The notes beneath the pieces were generated by a model. The model made no database searches, was not told where the DNA came from, and was given only the letters and a program-made list of their open reading frames with translations. Position numbers and translations under genes: made by a program. Below are positions 37,784 to 48,102 of a stretch of 64,000 bases of DNA, one piece after another. Source of the stretch: Patescibacteria group bacterium (GTDB lineage Bacteria; Patescibacteriota; Patescibacteriia; JAQUQO01); assembly GCA_028716045.1 (NCBI GenBank), contig JAQUQO010000001.1, forward strand, positions 256,942 to 320,941, written 5' to 3'. Position 1 is the first letter of the stretch. Each line of letters starts with the position of its first letter.

Positions 37784-38248
37784 ATGAGAATTAATAAAGT
37801 GAATTATGTGACCAGAGAGGGGCTGGAGAAGTTAAAAGAAGAATTAACTCATCGAAAGACGGTTTTACGCCGGCAAATAGCCGACCGTATTGACAGGGCC
37901 AAAGAACTCGGAGATTTATCGGAAAACGCAGAATATGCGGAAGCCAAGGATGAGCAGGCTTTTAATGAAGGCCGAATAATAGAATTAGAAGAAATGGTGA
38001 TGACCGCCTCTTTAATTACTGAAGGAGAGAGGGGCATGGTAAATGTTGGCTCTACTATAGTAGTGGAAAGTCCATTGGGTAAAAAAGAATTTACCATTAC
38101 CGGAGCATCTGAAGCCGACCCTTTGAAAGGTTTAATTTCTAATGAGTCGCCCCTGGGCAGGGCTTTTTTGGGTAGAAAAAAGGATGAGGAAGTGGAAATT
38201 AAGGTTCCGGCCGGAGTAGTAAAATATAAAATTTTAAAAATCAAATAG
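37784..38248 (+). CDS. greA: transcription elongation factor GreA
   Basis: GDLSENAEY..AK and ISNESPLGRA. Confidence 0.97.
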   Translation: MRINKVNYVTREGLEKLKEELTHRKTVLRRQIADRIDRAKELGDLSENAEYAEAKDEQAFNEGRIIELEEMVMTASLITEGERGMVNVGSTIVVESPLGKKEFTITGASEADPLKGLISNESPLGRAFLGRKKDEEVEIKVPAGVVKYKILKIK

Positions 38249-38289
38249 GCATCTGATTTTTAAGGATATTTAAATTGAGTGAAAATTTC

Positions 38290-38425
38290 AAAATAAGAAC
38301 GGCCGAACTTTATAGTTCGGCCGTTTGAGATAGGATAGCTAAAATAAGCATAAAAAATTTGATTTAAGGGAAAAGAGACCTCGAGATTTATGCTTATTTT
38401 AGGGGCGGGACGATCAAAAGACCAT
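38290..38425 (-). ncRNA. candidate hairpin sRNA
   Basis: TTGATA-17-TAAAAT on the - strand (38460-38432), a perfect 16-bp stem 38339-38354/38387-38402 and a terminator at 38298-38325. Confidence 0.5.
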
Positions 38426-38472
38426 TAAATAATTTTAGTATAATTCGTTTAATTTATCAAGAGAGCGCGGAT

Positions 38473-38658
38473 AAAGAAAGGCGCTCCTTAGATAAGAAGC
38501 GCCTTCTGCGGACACAGTTTGAGCCGAAATTAAATTTTATCACTTAATTCACTCTTAAATTAAAAGGTAGTCAGTCGGCTCATTTTTGAACTATGTCCGC
38601 TAGACCTTGACCCCCGAGAATATCGGGGCGGTCCGAAATAAATTTAAGGGGGGAATGT
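38473..38658 (-). ncRNA. candidate long-hairpin sRNA
   Basis: TTGACA-17-TATATT on the - strand (38693-38665), stem 38508-38527/38575-38600 and a terminator at 38473-38506. Confidence 0.55.
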
Positions 38659-38818
38659 AGTATTAATATATCTTTACTATGATTATTTGTCAATGCCCCA
38701 TATGCGCCCACAAATATCTTCCGCCAACTGGGAGTTGAAGGCGGGGTTTTTTGTTTTGACTTTTTCCTAAAAGTGTTTTAAAATAAATACAAGCTTTTTA
38801 ATACAAAAGTTATTATTT

Positions 38819-40315
38819 ATGCCTAAAAATAGCCAAGAAAAAGACTTTGATATTATTGAAGAAGAGCGCGATAGAAGAAGCAGATTAGCGGGGGTAATAA
38901 AGAGTGGTGTAGACCCTTATCCGAGCAAAGTCGGCAGAGATTTTACGTGCGGTAAGGCAAAAGAGGATTTTAATAAATTAGTTAAAAATAAAAAACCGAT
39001 TACAGTTGTCGGGCGTCTTAAAATTATTAGAAAACATGGCGGTTCAAGTTTTGGGGTGATGGGCGATGAGAGCGCTGACCTTCAAATTTTTTTAAGGAAA
39101 GATGTTTTGGGCAAGCAATATGATATTTGGAATAATCTAGTTGATATTGGAGATTTTTTAGAACTCAAGGGGATAATGTTTGCCACTAAAACCGGAGAAA
39201 AAACATTGGAGGTGCAACATTTACGGATTATAACCAAAAGCCTTTTACCCTTGCCGGAGAAATTTCACGGTCTTACCGATACGGAGAAGCGTTATCGGCG
39301 GAGATATTTGGATTTAATTGCCAATGAGAATGTCAAAAATATTTTTAGATTACGCAGTTTGATAGTCAAAGAAATTAGGAATTTCTTTGATAAGGAAGGA
39401 TTTATGGAGGTGGAAACGCCAATTCTACAGCCCATCGCCGGCGGTGCCGTTGCCCGACCATTTGTCACACATCATAACGCCTTAGACACGGATTTATATT
39501 TGCGTATAGCGCCAGAACTGTATTTAAAAAGATTGATTGTGGGGGGGTATGAAAAAATTTACGAGATAGCCCGGTGTTTTCGCAACGAAGGCATTGACCA
39601 CGCCCATAATCCGGAATTCACGCAGATTGAGTTTTACGAGGCCTATGCCGATTATAATGATTTAATGGAATTAACCGAAAAATTATTTAAATATCTAATA
39701 CCGAAAGCCGTCGGCGGGGGAATGACCTTGGAATTTGAGGGCAGTAAGATTGATTTTACTCCTTCTTATCCAAGATTATCATTCCGTCAAGCCGTTAAAG
39801 ATTGCGCTGGCGTGGATATTGAGGAATATCCCGAAACGACGGCTTTGGCTAAAGAGGCAAAAAAGCTAGGAGCAGAAATAGAACAATATTTTGACCGTGG
39901 CAAAATTTTAGACGAGCTTTTTAAGACCTTCGTCCGCCCCAAAATAATTCAGCCGACTTTTATTACCGACCATCCGGTGGAATTATCCCCTTTGGCCAAA
40001 AAAATTTATGATAACCCCAGTTATACGGAGAGATTTCAGCTTTTGGCCGGTAATGTTGAACTGGCCAATGGGTACTCCGAGTTAAATGACCCACTTGACC
40101 AAGAAGAAAGATTTAAACGGCAAGTTGAGATGAAGACTGCTGGTGATGAAGAAGCCCATCCTTTTGATGAAGATTTTATTAATGCCTTAAAACATGGTTT
40201 GCCCCCAACCGCCGGTTTTGGCATGGGCATAGACCGCCTCACAGCTTTACTGACTGACTCACATAATCTAAAAGAGGTTATACTTTTCCCCACTCTAAGG
40301 CCGGAGAAAAAATAA
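38819..40315 (+). CDS. lysS: lysyl-tRNA synthetase (class II)
   Basis: RYRRRYLDL, EVETP, LRIAPELYLK, FRNEG and GMGIDRL. Confidence 0.97.
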   Translation: MPKNSQEKDFDIIEEERDRRSRLAGVIKSGVDPYPSKVGRDFTCGKAKEDFNKLVKNKKPITVVGRLKIIRKHGGSSFGVMGDESADLQIFLRKDVLGKQYDIWNNLVDIGDFLELKGIMFATKTGEKTLEVQHLRIITKSLLPLPEKFHGLTDTEKRYRRRYLDLIANENVKNIFRLRSLIVKEIRNFFDKEGFMEVETPILQPIAGGAVARPFVTHHNALDTDLYLRIAPELYLKRLIVGGYEKIYEIARCFRNEGIDHAHNPEFTQIEFYEAYADYNDLMELTEKLFKYLIPKAVGGGMTLEFEGSKIDFTPSYPRLSFRQAVKDCAGVDIEEYPETTALAKEAKKLGAEIEQYFDRGKILDELFKTFVRPKIIQPTFITDHPVELSPLAKKIYDNPSYTERFQLLAGNVELANGYSELNDPLDQEERFKRQVEMKTAGDEEAHPFDEDFINALKHGLPPTAGFGMGIDRLTALLTDSHNLKEVILFPTLRPEKK

Positions 40316-40345
40316 AATTTTTATTAATTTTTTTAATATCTTCTT

Positions 40346-41395
40346 ATGGAGGGTTTAATAAATTTTTCTTTTCTAAACGCTATCTACTACGGCAATAGTG
40401 TGAGGCAATACTTGATATTTTTGTTAGTATTTCTTATTGTTGTTCTCATCTCGCGGATAGTTTATTATTTATTGCGCTATCCTCTCGGTAGATTTGTGGA
40501 AAGGACTAAAAATTTAACCGACGATCAAATTTTAGAGATTATTAAGTGGCCTTTTGTTTTTTTTATCATTATTATTGGATTAAAAATTTCGTTTGATTTC
40601 CTGTATTTGCCGGATTATTTTAGGGATTACGTGGATAGCGTTATTTTGACCTTGGTAATTCTTAATATAATTTGGTTGGGGTTGAAATTTTTTGATTTAT
40701 TGGTTATTTGGTATCTTTATCCTTTGATAAAATCAAGCCCCAATAGGCTTGATGACCAATTAGTCAGTCTGATTCAGCGTTTTATTAAAATAATTGTTGT
40801 TGTTTTGGGGCTATTCTTTGCCCTTGAAAATTTTGGAATTAACGCGCGGTCTCTTCTTACCGGACTGGGTATTGGCGGTTTGGCCGTAGCTTTGGCGGCC
40901 AAGGATACTTTGTCAAATTTATTTGGCTCTTTAGCCGTTTTAAGCGATAAGCCCTTTAAGGTCGGCGACATTGTAAAATTTAAAAATTACGAAGGAGTGG
41001 TCAAGGAAGTCGGTTTGCGCAGTTCCAGAATAATCACTTTTGATACCACGGAAATAGTTATTCCCAATTCTTTATTGGCCAACGAGATTATAGAAAACAT
41101 TTCCAAGCGCCGGGCGGTAAAGAAAGAAATAATATTACATTTTGATAAGGGAACAAAATGGAAAAAATTAGAAATAGCTAAAAAGGTGGTTGATAATATT
41201 TTATTGAATGAAGAGGGCGTGCTTGATGAATATCACACCGCTTTGGTCAGTTTTCCCTTAAGCGGTCCGGAAATGAAAGTTGTTTACTGGGTAAAATATA
41301 ATGGCGATTATGAAAAGTATTTGGAGATAAGGCATCGATTGCATTCTAAAATTAAGCAGGCGTTGGAGGATGGAAAAATTGAGTTAGCCGGTTAA
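40346..41395 (+). CDS. small-conductance mechanosensitive channel (MscS family)
   Basis: GLGIGGLAVALAAKDTLSN, PFKVGD and IPNS. Confidence 0.93.
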   Translation: MEGLINFSFLNAIYYGNSVRQYLIFLLVFLIVVLISRIVYYLLRYPLGRFVERTKNLTDDQILEIIKWPFVFFIIIIGLKISFDFLYLPDYFRDYVDSVILTLVILNIIWLGLKFFDLLVIWYLYPLIKSSPNRLDDQLVSLIQRFIKIIVVVLGLFFALENFGINARSLLTGLGIGGLAVALAAKDTLSNLFGSLAVLSDKPFKVGDIVKFKNYEGVVKEVGLRSSRIITFDTTEIVIPNSLLANEIIENISKRRAVKKEIILHFDKGTKWKKLEIAKKVVDNILLNEEGVLDEYHTALVSFPLSGPEMKVVYWVKYNGDYEKYLEIRHRLHSKIKQALEDGKIELAG

Positions 41396-41413
41396 TTTTA
41401 AATAATTTTCAAT

Positions 41414-42724
41414 ATGCTGGAAATTAAATTTATCAGGGAGAATACAGAAAAAATCAGGGAGGCGATAAAAAATAAGGGGGTGGATTTAGAAATAGAAGAG
41501 TTATTAGAGATGGATGATAAAAGAAAAGAGATTGTAAAGCGTCTTGATGTCTTGCGTTCTAAGAGGAATGAACTCGCTCACGCCGGAAAAAACGGCAAAC
41601 CTTCAGAGGAATTGATTAAAGAGGGGAGAACAGTGAAGGGGGAAATAGGGGAGTTAGAGAAGGAATTGGAAATTATAGAAAAACAGTATTTAGATCTGAT
41701 GGCCAAAGTGCCGATGGTGCCCTCGTCCGATACCCCTATCGGTAAAGATGAAAGTGAAAATGTAGAGTGTGGCAGGTGGGGGAAAATAAAAGAATTTAAA
41801 TTTAAGCCCAAAACCCATATTGAGTTGGGGCGTGATTTAGATATTTTGGATTTAGAAAGAGGAGTAAAAGTGGCGGGTTATAGGGGTTATTATCTAAAGA
41901 ACGAGGGAGCATTATTAGTTATGGCTTTAATGTTTTACGCTTTTAAAAAAATGGCTGGCAAGGGTTATCTTTCAATGATTCCGCCGACACTTATAAAAGA
42001 ATTTGCCTTGTTCGGCAGCGGTTATTTTAAGGGCCGGCAATATAACAGCGAAACGGATGAAATATACGAGGTGGCTACTCCGGACAAAGAAGAAAGCGGA
42101 GTAATCAGCAAGGAAAGAAAATTTTTAGTCGGGACTTCCGAGCCGTCGCTTTTAGCTTATTATTCCAATGAAGTTTTAAAGGAAACTGATTTACCTAAGA
42201 AATTTTGCGGATTCAGCCAGTGTTATCGCAGTGAAATAGGGAGTTATGGCAGAGATAATAAAGGTATTTATCGTGTCCATGAGTTTATGAAAGTGGAACA
42301 GGTGGTTATTTGTAGGGCGGATATTGCCGAAGCGGAAAAATTTCAGCAGGAAATGCTGGCTCTTACCAAAGAGATGCACGAAGAATTGGGCCTTCCTTAT
42401 CGGCAGGTCCAAATTTGCACCGGGGATATGGGCGCGGGTAAGTACAAAATGTTTGACCTTGAGGCCTGGATGCCGGGGTTAGAGCGCTACGGCGAGACGG
42501 GATCAGCCAGTAATTTTCTTGATTGGCAAGCCCGAAGGTTGAATGTAAAATATATTGATAAAAACGGAGAAAAAAAGTTTGTCTATATGCTTAATAATAC
42601 AGCCCTTCCCAGTCCGAGAATTTTTATTTCTATTCTTGAAAATTATCAGCAAAAAGATGGCTCAGTAAAAATTCCTAAAGTGTTAAGGCCATATCTCGGG
42701 TTTAAAGTTATCAAGAAAAAATAA
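41414..42724 (+). CDS. serS: seryl-tRNA synthetase
   Basis: N-terminal coiled coil, GTSE, CYRSE.G, RVHEF.KVE and DWQARRL. Confidence 0.97.
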   Translation: MLEIKFIRENTEKIREAIKNKGVDLEIEELLEMDDKRKEIVKRLDVLRSKRNELAHAGKNGKPSEELIKEGRTVKGEIGELEKELEIIEKQYLDLMAKVPMVPSSDTPIGKDESENVECGRWGKIKEFKFKPKTHIELGRDLDILDLERGVKVAGYRGYYLKNEGALLVMALMFYAFKKMAGKGYLSMIPPTLIKEFALFGSGYFKGRQYNSETDEIYEVATPDKEESGVISKERKFLVGTSEPSLLAYYSNEVLKETDLPKKFCGFSQCYRSEIGSYGRDNKGIYRVHEFMKVEQVVICRADIAEAEKFQQEMLALTKEMHEELGLPYRQVQICTGDMGAGKYKMFDLEAWMPGLERYGETGSASNFLDWQARRLNVKYIDKNGEKKFVYMLNNTALPSPRIFISILENYQQKDGSVKIPKVLRPYLGFKVIKKK

Positions 42725-42726
42725 TT

Positions 42727-43884
42727 ATGGATGCCAAGATAGCTAAATGTAAAACTTGGGTAGAGGTGGACGGGCTGACTTTAAAAAATAATATAAAGGA
42801 GTTGAGTAGAATCTTAACCCCCGCTACTCAGATGATGGCAGTAGTTAAAGCTAATGCTTACGGTCATGGTCTTACGGAGGTGAGTAAAATTTGTGTTCAG
42901 TCGGGTGTGCAATGGCTGGGGGTGGATTCAATAGAGGAGGGGATTATCCTGCGGAAAGAGGGCATCAAGTCCTTTATTTTAATTTTAGGCTATACCGTGC
43001 TTGAATGTTTATCGGAAATTTTTGAAAATGACCTTGATTTAGTTGTCTATAATAAAGAAACCGTGGAAGAATTGGGTAGGTTGAGTGAGATATGCGATAA
43101 AACGGCCAACCTCCACATTAAGTTAGAAACAGGGACTAATCGCCAAGGCGTGGGTTTGGAAAATCTTTTAGATTTTGTGAATTTAATAAAAAAATATCCT
43201 AAACTTAATATTAGAGGGATTTACACTCATTTTGCCAACATTGAGGACACCACTAATCACAGTTACGCCGAAGAGCAACTAAAAAAATTTAAGCAAGCCA
43301 TAAATTTTTTAGAAGATTTAAACATAATTATTCCCTTAAAGCATACGGCCTGCAGCGCCGCGGCCATACTTTTTCCGGATACCCATTTTAATTTAGCGCG
43401 ATTTGGTGTTAGTTTATATGGTTTTTGGCCTTCTCGGGAGACGATTGTTTCTGCCCAAGAGAATGGTCGGGATATTAAATTAAAACCTTGTCTGTGCTGG
43501 AAAACCAGAATTGCCCAAATTAAAGCTCTAAAATCCGGAACTCCGGTGGGGTATGGCTTAACGGAAAAAATCTTAAGAGATGGTAAGGTAGCAGTTTTGC
43601 CGGTGGGTTATTCGGATGGTTTAGACCGCGGATTATCAAGTGTCGGGAATGTTCTTGTCAGGGGCGAGCGTTGTAAAATTTTAGGCAGAATATGTATGAA
43701 TATGTGTGTTGTGGATATAACTCATGTCACCGGCGCTGAAGTTGAGGACGAAGTCGTGTTATTAGGGTCGCAGGGCAGGGAAGTTATTACGGCGGAAGAA
43801 GTAGCTGGAAAATTAAACACGATTCATTATGAGATTCTATCCAGAATCAATCCAATGATACCGCGTTTTTATTCGGATATTTAA
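42727..43884 (+). CDS. alr: alanine racemase
   Basis: AVVKANAYGHG, THFA, VGYSDG and GRICMN. Confidence 0.96.
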   Translation: MDAKIAKCKTWVEVDGLTLKNNIKELSRILTPATQMMAVVKANAYGHGLTEVSKICVQSGVQWLGVDSIEEGIILRKEGIKSFILILGYTVLECLSEIFENDLDLVVYNKETVEELGRLSEICDKTANLHIKLETGTNRQGVGLENLLDFVNLIKKYPKLNIRGIYTHFANIEDTTNHSYAEEQLKKFKQAINFLEDLNIIIPLKHTACSAAAILFPDTHFNLARFGVSLYGFWPSRETIVSAQENGRDIKLKPCLCWKTRIAQIKALKSGTPVGYGLTEKILRDGKVAVLPVGYSDGLDRGLSSVGNVLVRGERCKILGRICMNMCVVDITHVTGAEVEDEVVLLGSQGREVITAEEVAGKLNTIHYEILSRINPMIPRFYSDI

Positions 43885-43893
43885 GCTTAAGAT

Positions 43894-44874
43894 ATGTTTA
43901 GCTGGAAAAAAAAGTTTTCTCCACGTCGGCATTACAACAAGGGCTATAATTTTTATAGGCACCGGTCTTTTTTGCCCTCGGGCGGAATTGTCAGAAGAAA
44001 GACGGGGGGACACGTTAGATTATATTTTAGCAGGGTTGTTTTGATGGTTTTTTTAGCCGTTTTAGTGTATGTGATGTATTATTTTTTCTATTCGCCGAAT
44101 TTTAAACTAACAGAAATTGAAATCAGGGGGCGGGAAAATATCTCCGAATTTGCTTTAAAAAATATCGTCGAGGAACAATTTGACCATTCTCGATTTTTGA
44201 TATTTAGGCAGGATAATATTTTTATGTTTAGCAAGGGGTTGGCCCGTAAAAACATTAAAAATAGTTACGTTTTGGATGAATTAATTATAGATAAGCAGTA
44301 TCCGCACAAAATATCCATAAGCATTAAAGAGAAGGTTTCAACCGTGGTCTGGGTAACTAAAAAAGAAAACGTTGATAGATATTATTATTTAGATTTAAAC
44401 GGCGTGGTGCTTGGCGAAATGCCAATATTGGAGGTGGAAAAAATATATACTGATAAAAAAATAGTGGCAGATGAAAAGGAAAAAGCGATAGAAGTGGAAA
44501 ATGACAGCGGAGGGGTAGCTTCTCAAGAGCAGGGGAGTATTATTTTACCCCTGATATATGATTTAAGTAATAGCGAAGTTAAAATTAAAGAGCAGGTTTT
44601 GGATGGCAAGGCCATCACTTTTATTATAGAATTGTCTCAAAAATTTGCCGCAGCTTTTCCCAATATAAAAGTTAAACATTTTGCGACACCAGAATTAATG
44701 ACTACCAGGGTGCACATAATAACAGAAAAGGGGTGGGCTGTGTATTTTGAGTCCGCTAAAAATCTTGACGCGCAATTGCAAAATTTAAAATTGGTATTAG
44801 AGGGTAAAATAAAAGACCCTTCAAAGATTCAATATATTGATTTACGTTTTGACGATAGGGTCTATTATAAATAA
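43894..44874 (+). CDS. FtsQ/DivIB-like POTRA membrane protein
   Basis: Single TM, POTRA-like segment and C-terminal YIDLRF..RVY. Confidence 0.75.
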   Translation: MFSWKKKFSPRRHYNKGYNFYRHRSFLPSGGIVRRKTGGHVRLYFSRVVLMVFLAVLVYVMYYFFYSPNFKLTEIEIRGRENISEFALKNIVEEQFDHSRFLIFRQDNIFMFSKGLARKNIKNSYVLDELIIDKQYPHKISISIKEKVSTVVWVTKKENVDRYYYLDLNGVVLGEMPILEVEKIYTDKKIVADEKEKAIEVENDSGGVASQEQGSIILPLIYDLSNSEVKIKEQVLDGKAITFIIELSQKFAAAFPNIKVKHFATPELMTTRVHIITEKGWAVYFESAKNLDAQLQNLKLVLEGKIKDPSKIQYIDLRFDDRVYYK

Positions 44875-44890
44875 TCCCGCCAAGGCGGGA

Positions 44891-45118
44891 TTATTTTTCG
44901 GCATCTAATTTGAATTTTTCGAGGAATTCGCTTTTTTTAAAACGATGTTCTACGCTTCGTACTGTTACTCCTACTATTTGGCAAAATACCATTTCTTCAT
45001 TAGCATCCAGAATTTTTACCCTTTGCCCATGTTTATCTATCCAGATTTGCTTCTTTTCAATTTTAATAGCGGATTCCGTTTTTTCTTTCCTATTTAGTGA
45101 TTTTTCAAATATATTCAT
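44891..45118 (-). CDS. small hypothetical protein
   Basis: 75-aa ORF with its own TTGACA promoter and a convergent hairpin. Confidence 0.65.
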   Translation of the reverse strand: MNIFEKSLNRKEKTESAIKIEKKQIWIDKHGQRVKILDANEEMVFCQIVGVTVRSVEHRFKKSEFLEKFKLDAEK

Positions 45119-45322
45119 ATTTGGATGATTATTTATATTTAGAGATTAATTAAGCATATCTTAAAAATGCGCTTTTGTCAATGTTTAGGATATAAGCGTC
45201 GTATAAGATATATTGTGCGACGCAACATATTATTTAAAATAGAGCTTCCCTGCTTATTTATAGATACCCTATAATAAAAAGACCCGTAAATTATAATACG
45301 GGTCTTTGTTGTTACTCAATGT

Positions 45323-45778
45323 TTACTTCCTGGGTTTAGGGATATAAAGTTTAACTACGCCATCGTCAATTAAACTTTCGTTTACATCAATCCATTCCCC
45401 TTTTTCGTTTTTTACATATAATCTTCCTACCCATCTTCCATATTTGTCTTTGGTTGGCAGTTTTACCATTCGCACTTCTTTGGCCGTATCTACAAGATAC
45501 CATTTTAGTCGTTTTTGCGCTTTGAGGGCGGCTTCTTTGTCTTTTTTGATTTCCGGCGCGTCAATTCCGTGTAGGCGTACTCTTTGATTTTGAAGAATAA
45601 TGTCAAAACCCGGTTCAATATCGGCCCGGATTGTGTCGCCATCAATGACATATGTTACTTTAATCGTTACTGAACCTATTAATTCTTTTGGGTCTTTGAT
45701 TTTCTGTGGTTTGGCGTCCCCTACTAAAGGTAGAGAGATAAAGATAATTAAGACGATAAAAAGAGCAAGTTTTTTCAT
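45323..45778 (-). CDS. secreted thermonuclease (SNase family)
   Basis: Signal peptide, VIDGDTI, VRLHGIDAPE and DKYGR. SD AAGGAGGT. Confidence 0.93.
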   Translation of the reverse strand: MKKLALFIVLIIFISLPLVGDAKPQKIKDPKELIGSVTIKVTYVIDGDTIRADIEPGFDIILQNQRVRLHGIDAPEIKKDKEAALKAQKRLKWYLVDTAKEVRMVKLPTKDKYGRWVGRLYVKNEKGEWIDVNESLIDDGVVKLYIPKPRK

Positions 45779-45937
45779 TTTAACCTCCTTTGTATGTGTT
45801 TGAGATGTTTATTTTAGCACATTTTTTATCGTTGTCAAATTGAAAGTATTTTTATATAAAAAACACGATCCGATGAATCGTGTTTTAAATTTTTTTATTT
45901 CCGCGCCGAGATGATTGTTTTACCCCCACTCCCCTCT

Positions 45938-46117
45938 TCACCTGCCGAACAATCGCTCGGAAATCTGTTTTGTTTCTGGCGATAATTTTTTTGGCGTGAC
46001 ATAAGGAGATATCGGAGGGCAAAAGCCGTCGGGGGATAAATTCTTGCTAAAGTTAAGACTCTCTTTCGCGCTTTTTTCGAGTTCTTCCAATTTATCAACT
46101 ATTTCTTGTGCGTTCAT
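45938..46117 (-). CDS. small hypothetical protein (59 aa, MNAQEIVDKLEE...)
   Basis: Not in the ORF track. SD AAGGGGG and boxA-like GTTTTTTGAAAA upstream. Confidence 0.6.
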   Translation of the reverse strand: MNAQEIVDKLEELEKSAKESLNFSKNLSPDGFCPPISPYVTPKKLSPETKQISERLFGR

Positions 46118-46178
46118 TTTTTAACCCCCTTTATCTTTTGGGTTTTTAAATTTTCAAAAAACGTTTTATTTATTAAAA

Positions 46179-46319
46179 TTATTTTTCTATATCTTTATAT
46201 TTATCTTTCTTGCTTTCTTTTGCTCTTTCTATGATTTTTAAAATTATCGCCGCAACCAGGGAAACCAAAAAAATACCGTAAACAGCGATTATAGCAATGG
46301 CGAGTATTTTTAATACCAT
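46179..46319 (-). CDS. small single-TM protein (46 aa)
   Basis: Starts 1 nt after the YbjQ-family stop. Hydrophobic helix plus a basic tail. Confidence 0.6.
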   Translation of the reverse strand: MVLKILAIAIIAVYGIFLVSLVAAIILKIIERAKESKKDKYKDIEK

Positions 46320-46320
46320 A

Positions 46321-46635
46321 TTAGCTTAATTTTACAGCTGTGCCGTAAACAAGAATTTCCACTGTGCCGGCCGTAACGCCCGAGGTGTTAAAACGGACGT
46401 TGACAATGGCGTTAGCCCCGAGTTTTTGCGCTTCCTCAATCATTCTGTCAATTGCCTGTTCCCTGCTTTGGCTCAAAAGAGCGGTATATTCAGTCACTTC
46501 TCCGCCGACGATATTTTTAGCCAAGGCCATAATATCGCGGCCGATATTACGGGCGCGAACAGTATTTCCTCTGACCAGCCCCAGGTTTTGGATAATTGTT
46601 TTTCCAGTAATTTGTTCTGTTGTTGAAATAAGCAT
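46321..46635 (-). CDS. YbjQ/UPF0145 family protein
   Basis: GLVRG, IVGGE..EY..LL, GANAI and VYGTAV. Confidence 0.93.
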   Translation of the reverse strand: MLISTTEQITGKTIIQNLGLVRGNTVRARNIGRDIMALAKNIVGGEVTEYTALLSQSREQAIDRMIEEAQKLGANAIVNVRFNTSGVTAGTVEILVYGTAVKLS

Positions 46636-46709
46636 ATTTTGTTGTTATTTGTTTGTATTTTAGCATAATATAAAAAATAAAAAAAGGCGCGTTTTGGCGC
46701 CTTTTTAGT

Positions 46710-47327
46710 TTAGCAGGTTCCAGTGAATAACCCCCCGCCGGCCTTTTTTATCGGTAATGATGGTATTTTGTGATTCCACTCAACATATACCATTAACTCT
46801 GCACTAGCTTTTTCTTTTTCTTCCGTTGCTTTAGCAATAAAATAATCAAGAACATTGGTGCGATTTTCGGGTGGTAGAGCTTCGTAAAATCTTAATATCC
46901 AGTAAGCGGCTATATACTTTCGTGCCGCGTTTTCTCCGTTAAGCCATTTCAGCCATTTGAGATATTTTTTGGGAGGCTTTTTATCGGATTTAGAGAAGTA
47001 ATATTTTCTAAGATCCGACAGGGTTTTTGTAATATTTTTGACACAGACTGATTCGCGGCGAGCCATCTCTTTCAAAAGCTTAGAATCTTTAAATTCGCGC
47101 TTTTCGGTATTGTTTAATGAATTGTAGTGCCCTTTTAGTATATCAATTATTTCAAGCACGAAACAATCCGTGAGTCGCCCATCCTTAAATTTCCAGAAAG
47201 AGAAAGGCACAATACGAAGAGCGTCTTTTATTTCTTCTCCGTTGTAGGCAGCGTTCAGGATATGGAGAGTGAAATAACCGTGTTTTAAACTCCTCGTTTC
47301 TTTTATTTTTCTTTTCTTTTTTCCCAT
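46710..47327 (-). CDS. hypothetical protein, paralog 1
   Basis: SD AAGGAG and boxA. Shares DCF.LE.I, FKDSKLLKEMARR, PPKKYLKWL and KYIAAYWILR with the next ORF. Confidence 0.85.
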   Translation of the reverse strand: MGKKKRKIKETRSLKHGYFTLHILNAAYNGEEIKDALRIVPFSFWKFKDGRLTDCFVLEIIDILKGHYNSLNNTEKREFKDSKLLKEMARRESVCVKNITKTLSDLRKYYFSKSDKKPPKKYLKWLKWLNGENAARKYIAAYWILRFYEALPPENRTNVLDYFIAKATEEKEKASAELMVYVEWNHKIPSLPIKKAGGGLFTGTC

Positions 47328-47463
47328 TTCTACTCCTTTTTTTGGTTGTTAAATAACAAATAAGATATCATGTATTCTTATCATTTTCTCGTATTTTTGT
47401 CAAGAGCCCCCTTTTGGGACGGAATAAAAAAAGGCGCGTTTTGGCGCCTTTTTGGAGCTGATT

Positions 47464-48102
47464 TTAAGAAGGGAATAAATCCCCTCCCGCTTCTCCTGTC
47501 GGCAGGGGGTCGCGATGTCTTCTATCCCCGTAAACGTCGATTGTTGTACTATAATCTTCCTCGGCATTGACATTACGAAGTGATTTTTCCCGCTGCTCTC
47601 TTACTTTCGTAATAAAAAATTCAAGATTGTTGGGCCGGTTTTCCGGCGGGAGAGCTTCAAAATGCCTTAATATCCAGTAAGCGGCTATATACTTTCGCGA
47701 GGGATTTTTTCTGTTAAGCCAACGAAGCCATTTAAGATATTTTTTTGGCGGTCGTACGTTGGCTTCAAGCAAATAGTATTTTCGGATTTCTGATAACGTT
47801 TTTAGAATACCTTGAATGCAGATTGGTTGGCGGCGGGCCATTTCTTTCAAAAGTTTAGAATCTTTAAATTGGCACTTTTCGGCGCTATTTAACGAATTGT
47901 AGTATTTCGCTAGCTCACTGATTGCCTCTAACGTGAAACAATCCGCAAGTGGTCCGTCAAATTCCCAAAAACGCCAATCGGAAACGCGGGAGTCGCCCCC
48001 TTTTCCATTGTAAGCATCTTCTACGAGATGAAAAATAAGATAACTTCTCTTTACACCTCTTGAACCTCCCCTAACCCTTGTTTTTTTATTCTCTTTCTCC
48101 AT
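47464..48102 (-). CDS. hypothetical protein, paralog 2
   Basis: Same motifs as paralog 1. Promoter and terminator are duplicated with it. Confidence 0.85.
   Translation of the reverse strand: MEKENKKTRVRGGSRGVKRSYLIFHLVEDAYNGKGGDSRVSDWRFWEFDGPLADCFTLEAISELAKYYNSLNSAEKCQFKDSKLLKEMARRQPICIQGILKTLSEIRKYYLLEANVRPPKKYLKWLRWLNRKNPSRKYIAAYWILRHFEALPPENRPNNLEFFITKVREQREKSLRNVNAEEDYSTTIDVYGDRRHRDPLPTGEAGGDLFPS

Noticed and set aside
45196-45223. Integron attC site
   Set aside because: It has no RYYYAAC/GTTRRRY core arrangement and there is no integron integrase in the window.
45895-46098. ORF 45895..46098 (-) from the track
   Set aside because: The alternative frame 45938..46117 has an ATG with a good SD and is preferred.
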